From: a virus
Strand: one strand, 5' to 3'
Length of the DNA stretch: 31,699 nucleotides
IMG/VR virus record: IMGVR_UViG_3300050015_000188
Span: 1 to 31,699 of that record
The translations under genes were made by a program, and so were the position numbers. This document shows positions 16,610-24,382 of the stretch, piece after piece (the stretch's first letter is position 1; each line of letters opens with the position of its first letter). Below the pieces are notes generated by a model that saw only the letters and a list, made by a program, of their open reading frames with translations, was not told the origin of the DNA and made no database searches.

Positions 16610-16756
16610 ATGCAATTAGCACTTAATATTAACAACCATAAAATACTAGAAGTGGAGGCAAAACTCAAAAATACATTGAACGCTGAACAAATAAAATTGT
16701 TCTTAGAATATGAAGAATTGATTTGTGAGAGGGAAATGATACTTTCGAGCGACTAA
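16610..16756 (+). CDS. Hypothetical 48-aa protein (below the ORF-track cutoff)
   Basis: ATG 16610 to TAA 16754-16756 gives MQLALNINNHKILEVEAKLKNTLNAEQIKLFLEYEELICEREMILSSD. Promoter upstream, weak RBS. It ends 4 nt before the first arm repeat. Confidence 0.35.
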   Translation: MQLALNINNHKILEVEAKLKNTLNAEQIKLFLEYEELICEREMILSSD

Positions 16757-16760
16757 TTCC

Positions 16761-16782
16761 ACCCACTATTTACCCACTATCT
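16761..16782 (+). repeat. Arm-type repeat pair (ACCCACTAT x2), left side of candidate attP
   Basis: ACCCACTATTTACCCACTATCT matches 16994-17015 at 21 of 22 positions in direct orientation. Confidence 0.7.
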
Positions 16783-16895
16783 TGATAAAGTATGCGAATA
16801 AATATGTGTATCTAAATCGTATAAAAATGGCTGAAACCCTTATGTTATATACTATTCGATATGTTTATTATTGTGTGCATTTTGTACGATTTTAT

Positions 16896-16936
16896 GCTTA
16901 TCGAGCAAGTACTCTAACCAGCTGAGCTATGCCTCC
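16896..16936 (-). other. tRNA 5'-half fragment (acceptor 5' strand, D-arm, anticodon stem/loop); candidate attP core, not a functional tRNA
   Basis: The minus strand reads GGAGGCA TA GCTC AGCTGGTTA GAGT A CTTGC TCGATAA GC. No T-arm or 3' acceptor strand follows. Confidence 0.7.
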
Positions 16937-16993
16937 ATGTCTTTACTGCTGTAAGAAAAACGGAATTTGCATTTTTCCAATTTTAACCGATTT

Positions 16994-17015
16994 ACCCACT
17001 ATTCACCCACTATCT
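16994..17015 (+). repeat. Arm-type repeat pair (ACCCACTAT x2), right side of candidate attP; overlaps the integrase stop codon
   Basis: ACCCACTATTCACCCACTATCT is a direct repeat of 16761-16782. Confidence 0.7.
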
Positions 17016-18161
17016 CCGCAACTGTATTATTTTTTTGTCATTCTTAATACTCTCTTTTTCAATGTTTTTATTTATCTTTTCAAAAATATTATCCATTTCG
17101 GCAGCAACTCTTTCGTTGTTATCCGATATTATGTCACCATATATATCAAGTGTTGTCGTGCTCTTGCTATGGCCTAGAATATTCTGTAAGTCTTTGAGCG
17201 ATAGATTATCCCTAGACAGAAAAACAAGCGTATGCCGGAGACAATGAGGGCTAACGGATAAACCTACTTTTTCGCCCGCTCTCCGTAACATAGTTGTATA
17301 CGATTGAGGGAAAAGCCTTGTGCCGTTTTCGGACGGAAAGATTAGATCAAGTTTTTTTAGTTGTGGGTTATGTAACATAGGATTAAATTCAGCAATCAAC
17401 ATATCTTTTTGCTCTTGCAAATATAATAATATATTTTTAGTCAGCGGAACATAATGTATTTTATTGTTTTTTGTTCCCTTATCATTTGATTTATCTATTT
17501 TAATTCTGTGATTATCAAAGTCAATGTCAGACCATTCTAACGCTAATAATTCTCCGCGCCTTAACCCCGTCTCCAACATAAACTTTACAGATGTTAACCA
17601 CCGACTTGTATTAAGCGATTTAAATAGTTTTGCAAGTTCCCTTGTTGTAAGAACCTTCCTTGCCTTTTCTTGTGTCTTTGGAATTATAATATCAACAACA
17701 GGGTTGGCCGATATAATTTGTTCCGCTGCCGCTTTTTTAAATGCAATATTCATAACCTTTTTAGCGTGGTACATTGTCCAATGGCTTAAATTCTTTGAGT
17801 GCATAACAGAAATCACTTGCTGTATATCATATTGTCCGATAGATGTCATTTTCTTTTTTCCCATTTGTGGCAATACATGAGACTTTATCACATAGTCATA
17901 TTGATTGTAGGTTTCGCTCTCTAATAGTGGCTTCACATAAACTGATAACCAATTTTCAAGCCATTGTTTAACGGTATATTTTTCTTTTGGAATCGGGGCA
18001 TTGATTATTTTTTTTACTTTATCTCTTAATTCTTGGAGAGACGGAGCATATAGGCTTCTTGGAACACCGTCAATTTTCTGTCTCCATTCATATGTATTAT
18101 CGTCTCTTTTTCTATAAGAGCCTAGACCTTTTGGGTTTCTACTTTTTGACATTTGAAACAC
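17010..18161 (-). CDS. int: Tyrosine integrase (site-specific recombinase, phage integrase family) with N-terminal arm-binding domain
   Basis: 383 aa. Catalytic-region motifs include RRGELLAL, HCLRHT and LGHSKSTTTLDIYGD. The N-terminus GSYRKRDDNTYEWRQKIDG is typical of an arm-type DNA-binding domain. Confidence 0.93.
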   Translation of the reverse strand: MFQMSKSRNPKGLGSYRKRDDNTYEWRQKIDGVPRSLYAPSLQELRDKVKKIINAPIPKEKYTVKQWLENWLSVYVKPLLESETYNQYDYVIKSHVLPQMGKKKMTSIGQYDIQQVISVMHSKNLSHWTMYHAKKVMNIAFKKAAAEQIISANPVVDIIIPKTQEKARKVLTTRELAKLFKSLNTSRWLTSVKFMLETGLRRGELLALEWSDIDFDNHRIKIDKSNDKGTKNNKIHYVPLTKNILLYLQEQKDMLIAEFNPMLHNPQLKKLDLIFPSENGTRLFPQSYTTMLRRAGEKVGLSVSPHCLRHTLVFLSRDNLSLKDLQNILGHSKSTTTLDIYGDIISDNNERVAAEMDNIFEKINKNIEKESIKNDKKIIQLRR

Positions 18162-18384
18162 CTCGTTTCGGATCGTCGGTTAAGCCTAATAAATACTCGG
18201 CTGAAACATTAAAAAAGTCCATATATAATTTACAAGTGTCGATATTTAGAGTTCTGCTTTTTTGTTCATAATGTAAAACTGATACATAGGTAATTCCTAA
18301 TTTATAAGCAAGTTCTCTCATACTCATACCTCTATCAAGCCTTAATTTTTTGGCTCGTTCTGCAAAATAATCAATGGTTGTCAT
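18139..18384 (-). CDS. XRE-family HTH repressor (cI-like), 81 aa
   Basis: RGMSMRELAYKLGITYVSVLHYEQKSR helix-turn-helix. ATG 18384 has GGAGG 8 nt upstream. The 3' end overlaps the int start by 23 nt. The longer ORF-track start at 18456 lies in the promoter region. Confidence 0.8.
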   Translation of the reverse strand: MTTIDYFAERAKKLRLDRGMSMRELAYKLGITYVSVLHYEQKSRTLNIDTCKLYMDFFNVSAEYLLGLTDDPKRGVSNVKK

Positions 18385-18419
18385 AATATCATACCTCCCA
18401 TTTATATTTTTGAAACTAA

Positions 18420-18448
18420 ATTGTATACTATTGTTACCAAAAAAGCAA
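18420..18448 (-). promoter_or_regulatory. Candidate repressor/integrase promoter
   Basis: The minus strand reads TTGCTT, 17 nt, TACAAT, about 30 nt upstream of the repressor start. Confidence 0.5.
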
Positions 18449-18493
18449 TATGGCATGCGATAAAAAATAAATAAAATATTTTTCTAAAAAGTG

Positions 18494-18522
18494 TTGACAA
18501 ATATTACCAGTGATATTATAAT
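18494..18522 (+). promoter_or_regulatory. Early lytic promoter (consensus sigma-A)
   Basis: TTGACA, exactly 17 nt, TATAAT. It sits 32 nt upstream of the cro-like ATG, with an AGGAG RBS. Confidence 0.8.
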
Positions 18523-18554
18523 CCACTTATAAACTATGGAAGGAGAAAAAACAA

Positions 18555-18794
18555 ATGACAGAAAAAACCATTGCTTATCCCGAACTAAGGGCATTAATGG
18601 CTAAATATGGGGTAACAATAATTATGTTGGCAGCAGTCATTAAACGTTCGATAGCAAACACCAGTCATAAAATAAATAAACAACTCCCATTTTCAATAAT
18701 TGAAATGTCAGCCATTCGAGATTATTTTCAAGAGTTGGAAAATAAATCATCATCCGGTCGAGTACTTACGATAAATGATATTTTTTCCGTCTAA
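18555..18794 (+). CDS. Cro-like / early HTH regulator
   Basis: 79 aa, first gene of the rightward operon, divergent from the repressor. LRALMAKYGVTIIMLAAVIKRSIANTSHKINK is an HTH-like segment. Confidence 0.6.
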   Translation: MTEKTIAYPELRALMAKYGVTIIMLAAVIKRSIANTSHKINKQLPFSIIEMSAIRDYFQELENKSSSGRVLTINDIFSV

Positions 18795-18839
18795 GAGGTA
18801 ACATTTATTACCTAAAAAACTAACCTAGGAGGTAATCCC

Positions 18840-19190
18840 ATGGGAGCATGTAAATCACTACTCAGTGACACTGAATTTGAATTTTGCACACCTAGACAGT
18901 TAAAAATCGAATCATATCACAAAACTTTACCCGACATTGGAGCAAAGCAGCAGATAGTCTATAACGAACTCAAATCAACCACCACAGCAACAGCAAGAGA
19001 ACTTGCAAGGAATATGTACCAAAAAGGACTAATACCGTCTAAAGACGATTTGAACGCTGTCAGACCTAGATTGACAGAATTACACGAAGCGGGATTGATT
19101 GAGGTTGTCGGAAAGAAATTTGATGAATTATCAAAAAGATTGGTATCAATTTACAAAATCAAGGAGGCAAACCCACATGAATTATTTTAA
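18840..19190 (+). CDS. Winged-helix DNA-binding protein (MarR-like fold)
   Basis: 116 aa. TARELARNMYQKG...VRPRLTELHEAGLIEVVGKK is a typical wHTH recognition helix plus wing. Confidence 0.45.
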   Translation: MGACKSLLSDTEFEFCTPRQLKIESYHKTLPDIGAKQQIVYNELKSTTTATARELARNMYQKGLIPSKDDLNAVRPRLTELHEAGLIEVVGKKFDELSKRLVSIYKIKEANPHELF

Positions 19191-19635
19191 GAAGATTATT
19201 AAAAAATTGTATGGTTGGTTGGTATTTCGTCCAAGGTATAAAGGGAAAACAGCTTATTATGGATATTCGGTCGCAGGCACCAAAAGTTATCTAAAGTTAA
19301 CACCACATATTTCAAAACTTGAAAAAGCAAAAAAGTTTCTCAACATCTATTGGATTTACATTCTGTCATTTTTGGTATTGGTTACTCTTGCAACTACGGT
19401 GGTTATATCAAATCAGCCGATAAAAAAAGAAGAAGGCACAATGGTATTTTACCATTATAAATGCAACCCCGGCGACACGCTAACCGATATTGCAATTAAA
19501 TATTATGGTGAGCCAATTAACTACAACATTCAGAATAAAATATATGAAATTAGGACGGTCAACAACAAGGCAAACAGTGATTTAGATATTGGCGAAATTG
19601 TGATTGTGCCGGTATTTGTAAAGGCGGTAAATTGA
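19177..19635 (+). CDS. Membrane-anchored LysM-domain protein
   Basis: 152 aa from ATG 19177 (AGGAGG RBS). TM segment IYWIYILSFLVLVTLATTVVI. C-terminal LysM YKCNPGDTLTDIAIKYYG...DLDIGEIVIVP. Confidence 0.65.
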   Translation: MNYFKKIIKKLYGWLVFRPRYKGKTAYYGYSVAGTKSYLKLTPHISKLEKAKKFLNIYWIYILSFLVLVTLATTVVISNQPIKKEEGTMVFYHYKCNPGDTLTDIAIKYYGEPINYNIQNKIYEIRTVNNKANSDLDIGEIVIVPVFVKAVN

Positions 19636-19636
19636 T

Positions 19637-20269
19637 ATGTTGCTATGTAAAGAATGTTTTGACAGTAACGTGGATTTTATCACTATCAAAGGGCAAGTCG
19701 CAACAGGCAAATGTGACATCTGCAAAGAATATTCTACAATTTGGGATTGCGAAATGACACACGATTTTAACGCGGGAGGTGAGAAATTGGACAGACAAGA
19801 ACAATATGACAATTTCATTGACGAGCAAATCGAAAAGACCAACAACGCAGTTATCGAAGAGCGAATTGACTTAATGAACCGCATCGAATTTTTACAGTCG
19901 GAGCTGAAAGTTGCAGAAAAAAATCGTGATTTTTGGCAAGGGCAATACTCCGAGATGAACGATAAATTGAACATCAAAGACAAACAAATTCAAGAACTCG
20001 AAACTCGCCCAATTATCAATTTGGGAGATGAGAAGATTGCTGACATTCTGAAAATTATTAGCGTTGAATTGTTGGCAAAGTTGGGGATTGAGATTGCTGA
20101 AAAAGATAGGGAAATTGAAGAACTTAATATATTTGTAACTGATATGAGTAAAATATTTCGAGTATTCAATATATGTGTCATGGACAGCAATGGTAATTTG
20201 CGAAGCGGAAAACAAATAGCGTCAGAAATGGAAACCTTTTCCCATAATTTGAGCAAATTAACCAAATAA
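19637..20269 (+). CDS. Hypothetical protein: N-terminal CxxC...CxxC zinc ribbon plus coiled coil
   Basis: 210 aa with CKEC and CDIC pairs in the first 30 aa, followed by long heptad-like charged helices. Confidence 0.6.
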   Translation: MLLCKECFDSNVDFITIKGQVATGKCDICKEYSTIWDCEMTHDFNAGGEKLDRQEQYDNFIDEQIEKTNNAVIEERIDLMNRIEFLQSELKVAEKNRDFWQGQYSEMNDKLNIKDKQIQELETRPIINLGDEKIADILKIISVELLAKLGIEIAEKDREIEELNIFVTDMSKIFRVFNICVMDSNGNLRSGKQIASEMETFSHNLSKLTK

Positions 20270-20371
20270 AAAACCGCAATCATCACATTGCGGGAAAACA
20301 AATGTTTTATTAAAAAAATCACTGTCATAATAGCACCAAAAGGCTAATATGTCAAGAATCGAGAATAAAAA

Positions 20372-21022
20372 ATGACTAACGAACAACAACGCTTGCAATG
20401 GCTTGAACAACGCAAAAACGGCATAGGTGGTTCAGACGCGGCAGCGATAATTGGAGCAAACCCTTACAAAACATCTATCGAATTATGGGAAGAAAAGACA
20501 GGAATCCGCGAAGACGATTTTGTTGAGAATGAATTTACCAAATATGGCAAAGATGCCGAAGCTCCACTAAGAGAGTTATTTATACTTGATCACCCACAAT
20601 ATGAAGTTACTCACGATGAATTTAAGGTTCATCAGCACGAACAATATCCATTTTTACAAGCGAGTCTTGACGGCGAATTAGTTGATAAAGAAACAGGCGA
20701 ATATGGAATTTTGGAAATTAAAACAACTAACATTCTGCAGTCTATGCACAGAGAAAAGTGGAACGGACAGATACCACAGAATTACTACATTCAAGTTTTG
20801 CATTATATGTACGTGAAAAATGCGTCCTTCGCAATTTTGAAAGCACAGTTGAAAACTGTATACGAAAACGAAGTAAGACACGCAACAAAGCATTATACAT
20901 TTCGCAGAGGGGAGGGAACTATCGACAACGATATTGAATATTTGATAGCAAGAGAAAAAGAGTTTTGGAATTTCAATGTATTACAAAATGTACGGCCGGC
21001 ATTAATATTGTCGGGAATATAA
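20372..21022 (+). CDS. YqaJ-like viral recombinase exonuclease (lambda Exo-like PD-(D/E)XK)
   Basis: GIGGSDAAAIIGANPYKTSIELWEEKTG signature, LDGEL...GILEIKT catalytic D/E-x-K. Confidence 0.9.
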   Translation: MTNEQQRLQWLEQRKNGIGGSDAAAIIGANPYKTSIELWEEKTGIREDDFVENEFTKYGKDAEAPLRELFILDHPQYEVTHDEFKVHQHEQYPFLQASLDGELVDKETGEYGILEIKTTNILQSMHREKWNGQIPQNYYIQVLHYMYVKNASFAILKAQLKTVYENEVRHATKHYTFRRGEGTIDNDIEYLIAREKEFWNFNVLQNVRPALILSGI

Positions 21023-21042
21023 AAAATAGGAGGGCAAGACAA

Positions 21043-21249
21043 ATGGCAGACAAAAAGAGAGATAAGTATGAAATTGGAAGAGATATAAGAAACACGGCAG
21101 AGAAAATAGCAGAGTTGCAAACTGAAATTTTTGAAATGACAGTCAAAACTGAAACTTCAAACTTCGAAATTGAGACATTGACAGAAAAACAAAAGGCACT
21201 TGAAATTGAGTTTAAGAATACGATATTGGAGGAATTAAAAAATGGCTAA
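21043..21249 (+). CDS. Hypothetical coiled-coil protein (68 aa)
   Basis: ATG 21043 is preceded by AGGAGGG. The ORF-track start at 20965 lies inside the exonuclease gene. Confidence 0.55.
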   Translation: MADKKRDKYEIGRDIRNTAEKIAELQTEIFEMTVKTETSNFEIETLTEKQKALEIEFKNTILEELKNG

Positions 21250-21430
21250 ATGTATCGGTGTCCGCTTTATCAATTCAGAGGGCGAACCAACATCAAGGCA
21301 ATACACATATTCAACGGATTTAGATGTTGAATTGAACAGTTTATTAAAAGTAAACGCAAACGGCAAGACAAGTTGCGTTTTAGTAACAAACACAGAGATT
21401 GACCCCCGACAGTTTGGATTTTCCGATTGA
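21242..21430 (+). CDS. Hypothetical protein, possibly the 5' part of a gene split at a C5 run
   Basis: 62 aa, coupled to the upstream gene. See the finding on the C5 run at 21403-21407. Confidence 0.5.
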   Translation: MAKCIGVRFINSEGEPTSRQYTYSTDLDVELNSLLKVNANGKTSCVLVTNTEIDPRQFGFSD

Positions 21431-21596
21431 CAAATTGAAGTCAGTCGAGGAATTTTGGCAAGGTGCAGAGGAAGCTGACGAAATTGTATTTGAACAGCCT
21501 AGCATTATTCCGATTGACGACAGAATTGCAGAACCTTGCGACGATAGGATTGTTGAGAGCGAAGATGATGAAAGCGGGGATCATATCGATGGCTAA
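21399..21596 (+). CDS. Acidic ORF without ATG start or RBS, possibly the 3' part of the split gene
   Basis: 65 codons with only a TTG at the 5' end and no internal Met. The frame is open from 21387. Confidence 0.35.
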   Translation: MTPDSLDFPIDKLKSVEEFWQGAEEADEIVFEQPSIIPIDDRIAEPCDDRIVESEDDESGDHIDG

Positions 21597-22419
21597 TTTT
21601 GAACTAACCGTACAACCTTTTGTTGTTCCGGCACCGATAAAATGGAACTTTGAAACGCTGAAAACAGAAATCGGCAATGCTTTGAAATCGTATGAATCAA
21701 CAACCTATGATGAATCATCAATCACGCTTGCAAAGTCTGACAGAGCCAAATTAAACAGTCTGAAAAATGGACTGAATGAGGAAAAGAAAAGAATCAAGAA
21801 TCAGTTGTTAGAACCGTATATGCCATTCGAAAATCAGATTAAGCAATTAATGGAAATGGTCGACAATGCAAGTACCGGAATTGATACCCAAGTTAAGGCT
21901 TTCGAAGATAAAAAACAGCAAGAAAAATGGGATATTCTGAAATCAGCATGGGAAACGATCGCAGGTGATTGGGTGAACCTCATACCGCTCGAAAAAGTTG
22001 TCAATCCAAAGTGGGCGAATAGTGGTGAAAGCCTAAAAAGCCTACAAGCGGAATTGAAATTGAAATGTGAAGAAATCGACAAATCGACACTCACAATTTC
22101 AAAATTCAACGGTGAATTTTACGACCAATGTTTTGACAAATACATTCAGACACTCGATTTGAATGTTGCACTTGCAGAAAATACGAGACTTGAAGAACAG
22201 AAAAAACAGCGGTTGGAAATGGAAGCGAGGAAGCAAGAACAGAAACAGCAAGTTGTACAGCAACCGCAGACTGTGACAGTCGCAAAAACCGAACCTGTTG
22301 ACCCATGGAAAGAGTTACAGTCTTTCGACATGAGAATATGCACAACACCTCAAAAAATGGAATGGTTAATGCAAGTTATGAACGAAAATAACATAAAATT
22401 TGAAAAGGTAGGTAAGTAA
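21589..22419 (+). CDS. DUF1351-family protein (recombination-module accessory)
   Basis: 276 aa from ATG 21589. N-terminus MANFELTVQPFVVPAPIKWNFETLKTEIGNALKSY...KSDRAKLN...PYMPFENQIK matches the DUF1351 pattern. Located upstream of recT. Confidence 0.7.
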   Translation: MANFELTVQPFVVPAPIKWNFETLKTEIGNALKSYESTTYDESSITLAKSDRAKLNSLKNGLNEEKKRIKNQLLEPYMPFENQIKQLMEMVDNASTGIDTQVKAFEDKKQQEKWDILKSAWETIAGDWVNLIPLEKVVNPKWANSGESLKSLQAELKLKCEEIDKSTLTISKFNGEFYDQCFDKYIQTLDLNVALAENTRLEEQKKQRLEMEARKQEQKQQVVQQPQTVTVAKTEPVDPWKELQSFDMRICTTPQKMEWLMQVMNENNIKFEKVGK

Positions 22420-22421
22420 AA

Positions 22422-23327
22422 ATGGCTAATTCACTAACAGAAAAAAAAGAAACGTTTTCAATGTTCCTAACTTCGGGAGCAATTAAAAATAAGGTAAATG
22501 AGATTGTCGGCAGCAAAGACGGAACAAGATTTATGACACAGATATTGAGCGCAGTAACAACAAATCCGGACTTACAAAGATGTAATTTTATGAGCATTTT
22601 GAATTGTGCTTTTTTGGGTGAGAGTTTGAAATTGTCACCGTCACCACAATTAGGGCAGTATTATATGCTTCCGTTCGACAAAAAAGAAAAGGGTGTTGTT
22701 GTCGCAACTAACGCAACATTTGTTTTGGGAATTAAAGGCTACAAACAACTTGCAATGCGCACAGGACAGTACCTTGATATTGATGCTATGGAAATTCGCG
22801 AAGGAGAATATAAGGGCAGGGATAAATATACAGGCAAACCTATATTTGAATTTATTGAAGATGATGAGATTAGGGAGAGTTTGCCAATTATTGGTTATAT
22901 GGCTTACTTCGAATTACTGAAGGGCTTCCGCAAGGTTATTTATTGGAGTGTTACAAAAGTTGAAAAACACGCAGATAAATACTCCGCAGCTTTTCATTTA
23001 GATAAATACAGATTGTTGCAGGACGGCAAAATCCCACAAAATGAGTTATGGAAATATAGTAGTTATTGGTATGTAAGTTTTCCAAATATGGCAATGAAAA
23101 CATTGTTGAGAAATATTTTAAGTCAATGGGGTATATTGTCAATCGAAATGCAAATGGCTATCGAGAAAGACGAATGCTTTATTGATGACACCGGACAAGT
23201 TGAATATGTTGACAGTGTTCCCGATGTTGACATACCACAAATTGAGCAAAAAGACCCGGACACAGTATGTCCGGTTGAAATTGTACACGAGGATAGCGAT
23301 ATACCCAAGTTTAAGGAAACGAAATAG
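22422..23327 (+). CDS. recT: RecT-family single-strand annealing protein
   Basis: SILNCAFLGESLKLSPSPQLGQYYMLPF...FVLGIKGYKQLAMRTGQ is a typical RecT core. Paired with the YqaJ exonuclease. Confidence 0.9.
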   Translation: MANSLTEKKETFSMFLTSGAIKNKVNEIVGSKDGTRFMTQILSAVTTNPDLQRCNFMSILNCAFLGESLKLSPSPQLGQYYMLPFDKKEKGVVVATNATFVLGIKGYKQLAMRTGQYLDIDAMEIREGEYKGRDKYTGKPIFEFIEDDEIRESLPIIGYMAYFELLKGFRKVIYWSVTKVEKHADKYSAAFHLDKYRLLQDGKIPQNELWKYSSYWYVSFPNMAMKTLLRNILSQWGILSIEMQMAIEKDECFIDDTGQVEYVDSVPDVDIPQIEQKDPDTVCPVEIVHEDSDIPKFKETK

Positions 23328-23377
23328 CACCAAAATTCAAGTTGGCGGAACTTGTCAAAACCGCCATTAGGAGGACG

Positions 23378-23854
23378 ATGAAAATATACATCGGAATTGA
23401 TCCAGGCCAAAAAGGTGGAATTGCAACGATACAAGACAGCGGTTTTGTTGAAAGTATTATAGTGAACCCCTTAACCAATCATCGACTTAACCACGAACTA
23501 AATGCTTGTAAATCTATAGTTACATTTGGGTTCAACGAAATCATTTGTACTGTTGAAAAACTTTGGGGTTTTCCCGGACAAAGCAGTAAAACAACTTGGG
23601 CACAAGCAGAGAATTACGGCATTATCAAGGGAGTTTTAATTGCAAATAATATTGATTTCAACCTTGTTGCAGCGAACACTTGGAAACGCCACTATGGACT
23701 AATCGGTAAAGACAAACAAGCAAGTATTGACAAGTGTAAAGAACTGTTCCCTGATGTCAATCTGAGGCGCACAGCAAGATGTACAACAGACAGTGACGGA
23801 ATGGCGGAAGCTGTGTTAATAGCACAGTTTGGAATGGATAAGGAGGAGGTCTAA
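23378..23854 (+). CDS. RuvC-like Holliday junction resolvase
   Basis: 158 aa from ATG 23378 (AGGAGG RBS). MKIYIGIDPGQKGGIA N-terminal catalytic Asp motif and C-terminal DSDGMAEAVLIAQFG. Confidence 0.8.
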   Translation: MKIYIGIDPGQKGGIATIQDSGFVESIIVNPLTNHRLNHELNACKSIVTFGFNEIICTVEKLWGFPGQSSKTTWAQAENYGIIKGVLIANNIDFNLVAANTWKRHYGLIGKDKQASIDKCKELFPDVNLRRTARCTTDSDGMAEAVLIAQFGMDKEEV

Positions 23855-23855
23855 A

Positions 23856-24239
23856 ATGGCAGAAATTAAATGTGAGTTGAAGAACTCAGTAGAGGCTATA
23901 CGGTACACAAGCGATAACGAAGATGATACATTAAGATTTTTATTGATGCAAGGACTTGGATATAACTGTCTTGTTGGTGGGCGAATTAATATTGTTGATT
24001 GTTTTAATGAAAAAATCGGTGAACTAAATATTGGCGATTATGTTTTAGATGAACAATGGCGAGGTTCTAATATTATTTCAGCAGATGATTTCGCAAAGTA
24101 TTACAACATCATAGAACCAACCGAATGTAACCACGAGGAATGCTGGCATCAATGGGGGTGCCCGAATGGTGACATATCAAAAAGGGTATGCTCTCGATGT
24201 GGTCGCATAGAAAGAAGATGGGAAAGAGTAGGTGAGTGA
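23856..24239 (+). CDS. Hypothetical protein with C-terminal Cys/His cluster
   Basis: 127 aa from ATG 23856 (AGGAGGAGG RBS). Contains CNHEECWHQWGCPNGDISKRVCSRCG. Confidence 0.6.
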   Translation: MAEIKCELKNSVEAIRYTSDNEDDTLRFLLMQGLGYNCLVGGRINIVDCFNEKIGELNIGDYVLDEQWRGSNIISADDFAKYYNIIEPTECNHEECWHQWGCPNGDISKRVCSRCGRIERRWERVGE

Positions 24240-24241
24240 TT

Positions 24242-24382
24242 ATGAAACATCTTGATGTAGTATGTTGGAACTGTCAGACTAAATTAAATATTGACTATAA
24301 TCACAATGAAACACTAACTATAATTTGTCCTTGTTGTGGCATAGAACTCCCGAATTTAACGGAGGTAATCGACAATGGCTAA
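24242..24382 (+). CDS. Small zinc-ribbon protein (46 aa, below the ORF-track cutoff)
   Basis: MKHLDVVCWNCQTKLNIDYNHNETLTIICPCCGIELPNLTEVIDNG. GGTGA RBS, overlaps the next start by 8 nt. Confidence 0.55.
   Translation: MKHLDVVCWNCQTKLNIDYNHNETLTIICPCCGIELPNLTEVIDNG

Noticed and set aside
16896-16936. A complete tRNA gene at the integrase-proximal site.
   Set aside because: Only the acceptor 5' strand, D-arm and anticodon stem/loop are present. The sequence toward lower coordinates has no variable loop, no T-arm (GGTTCGAATCC-like) and no 3' acceptor strand.
16929-17177. + strand ORFs 16929-17177, 17035-17247, 17524-17880 and 18059-18271 in the lysogeny region.
   Set aside because: They are antisense to the integrase and repressor genes or overlap attP. 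They have hydrophobic low-complexity translations and no RBS.
20274-20293. Hairpin CCGCAAT-N6-ATTGCGG after the 19637-20269 gene, considered as a terminator. A similar case is AGGTAA-N6-TTACCT at 18796-18813.
   Set aside because: The stems are perfect, but neither is followed by a U-tract on the + strand (A-rich or mixed sequence instead), and no - strand gene converges on them. They may be RNA-stability or processing elements, which cannot be supported from sequence alone.
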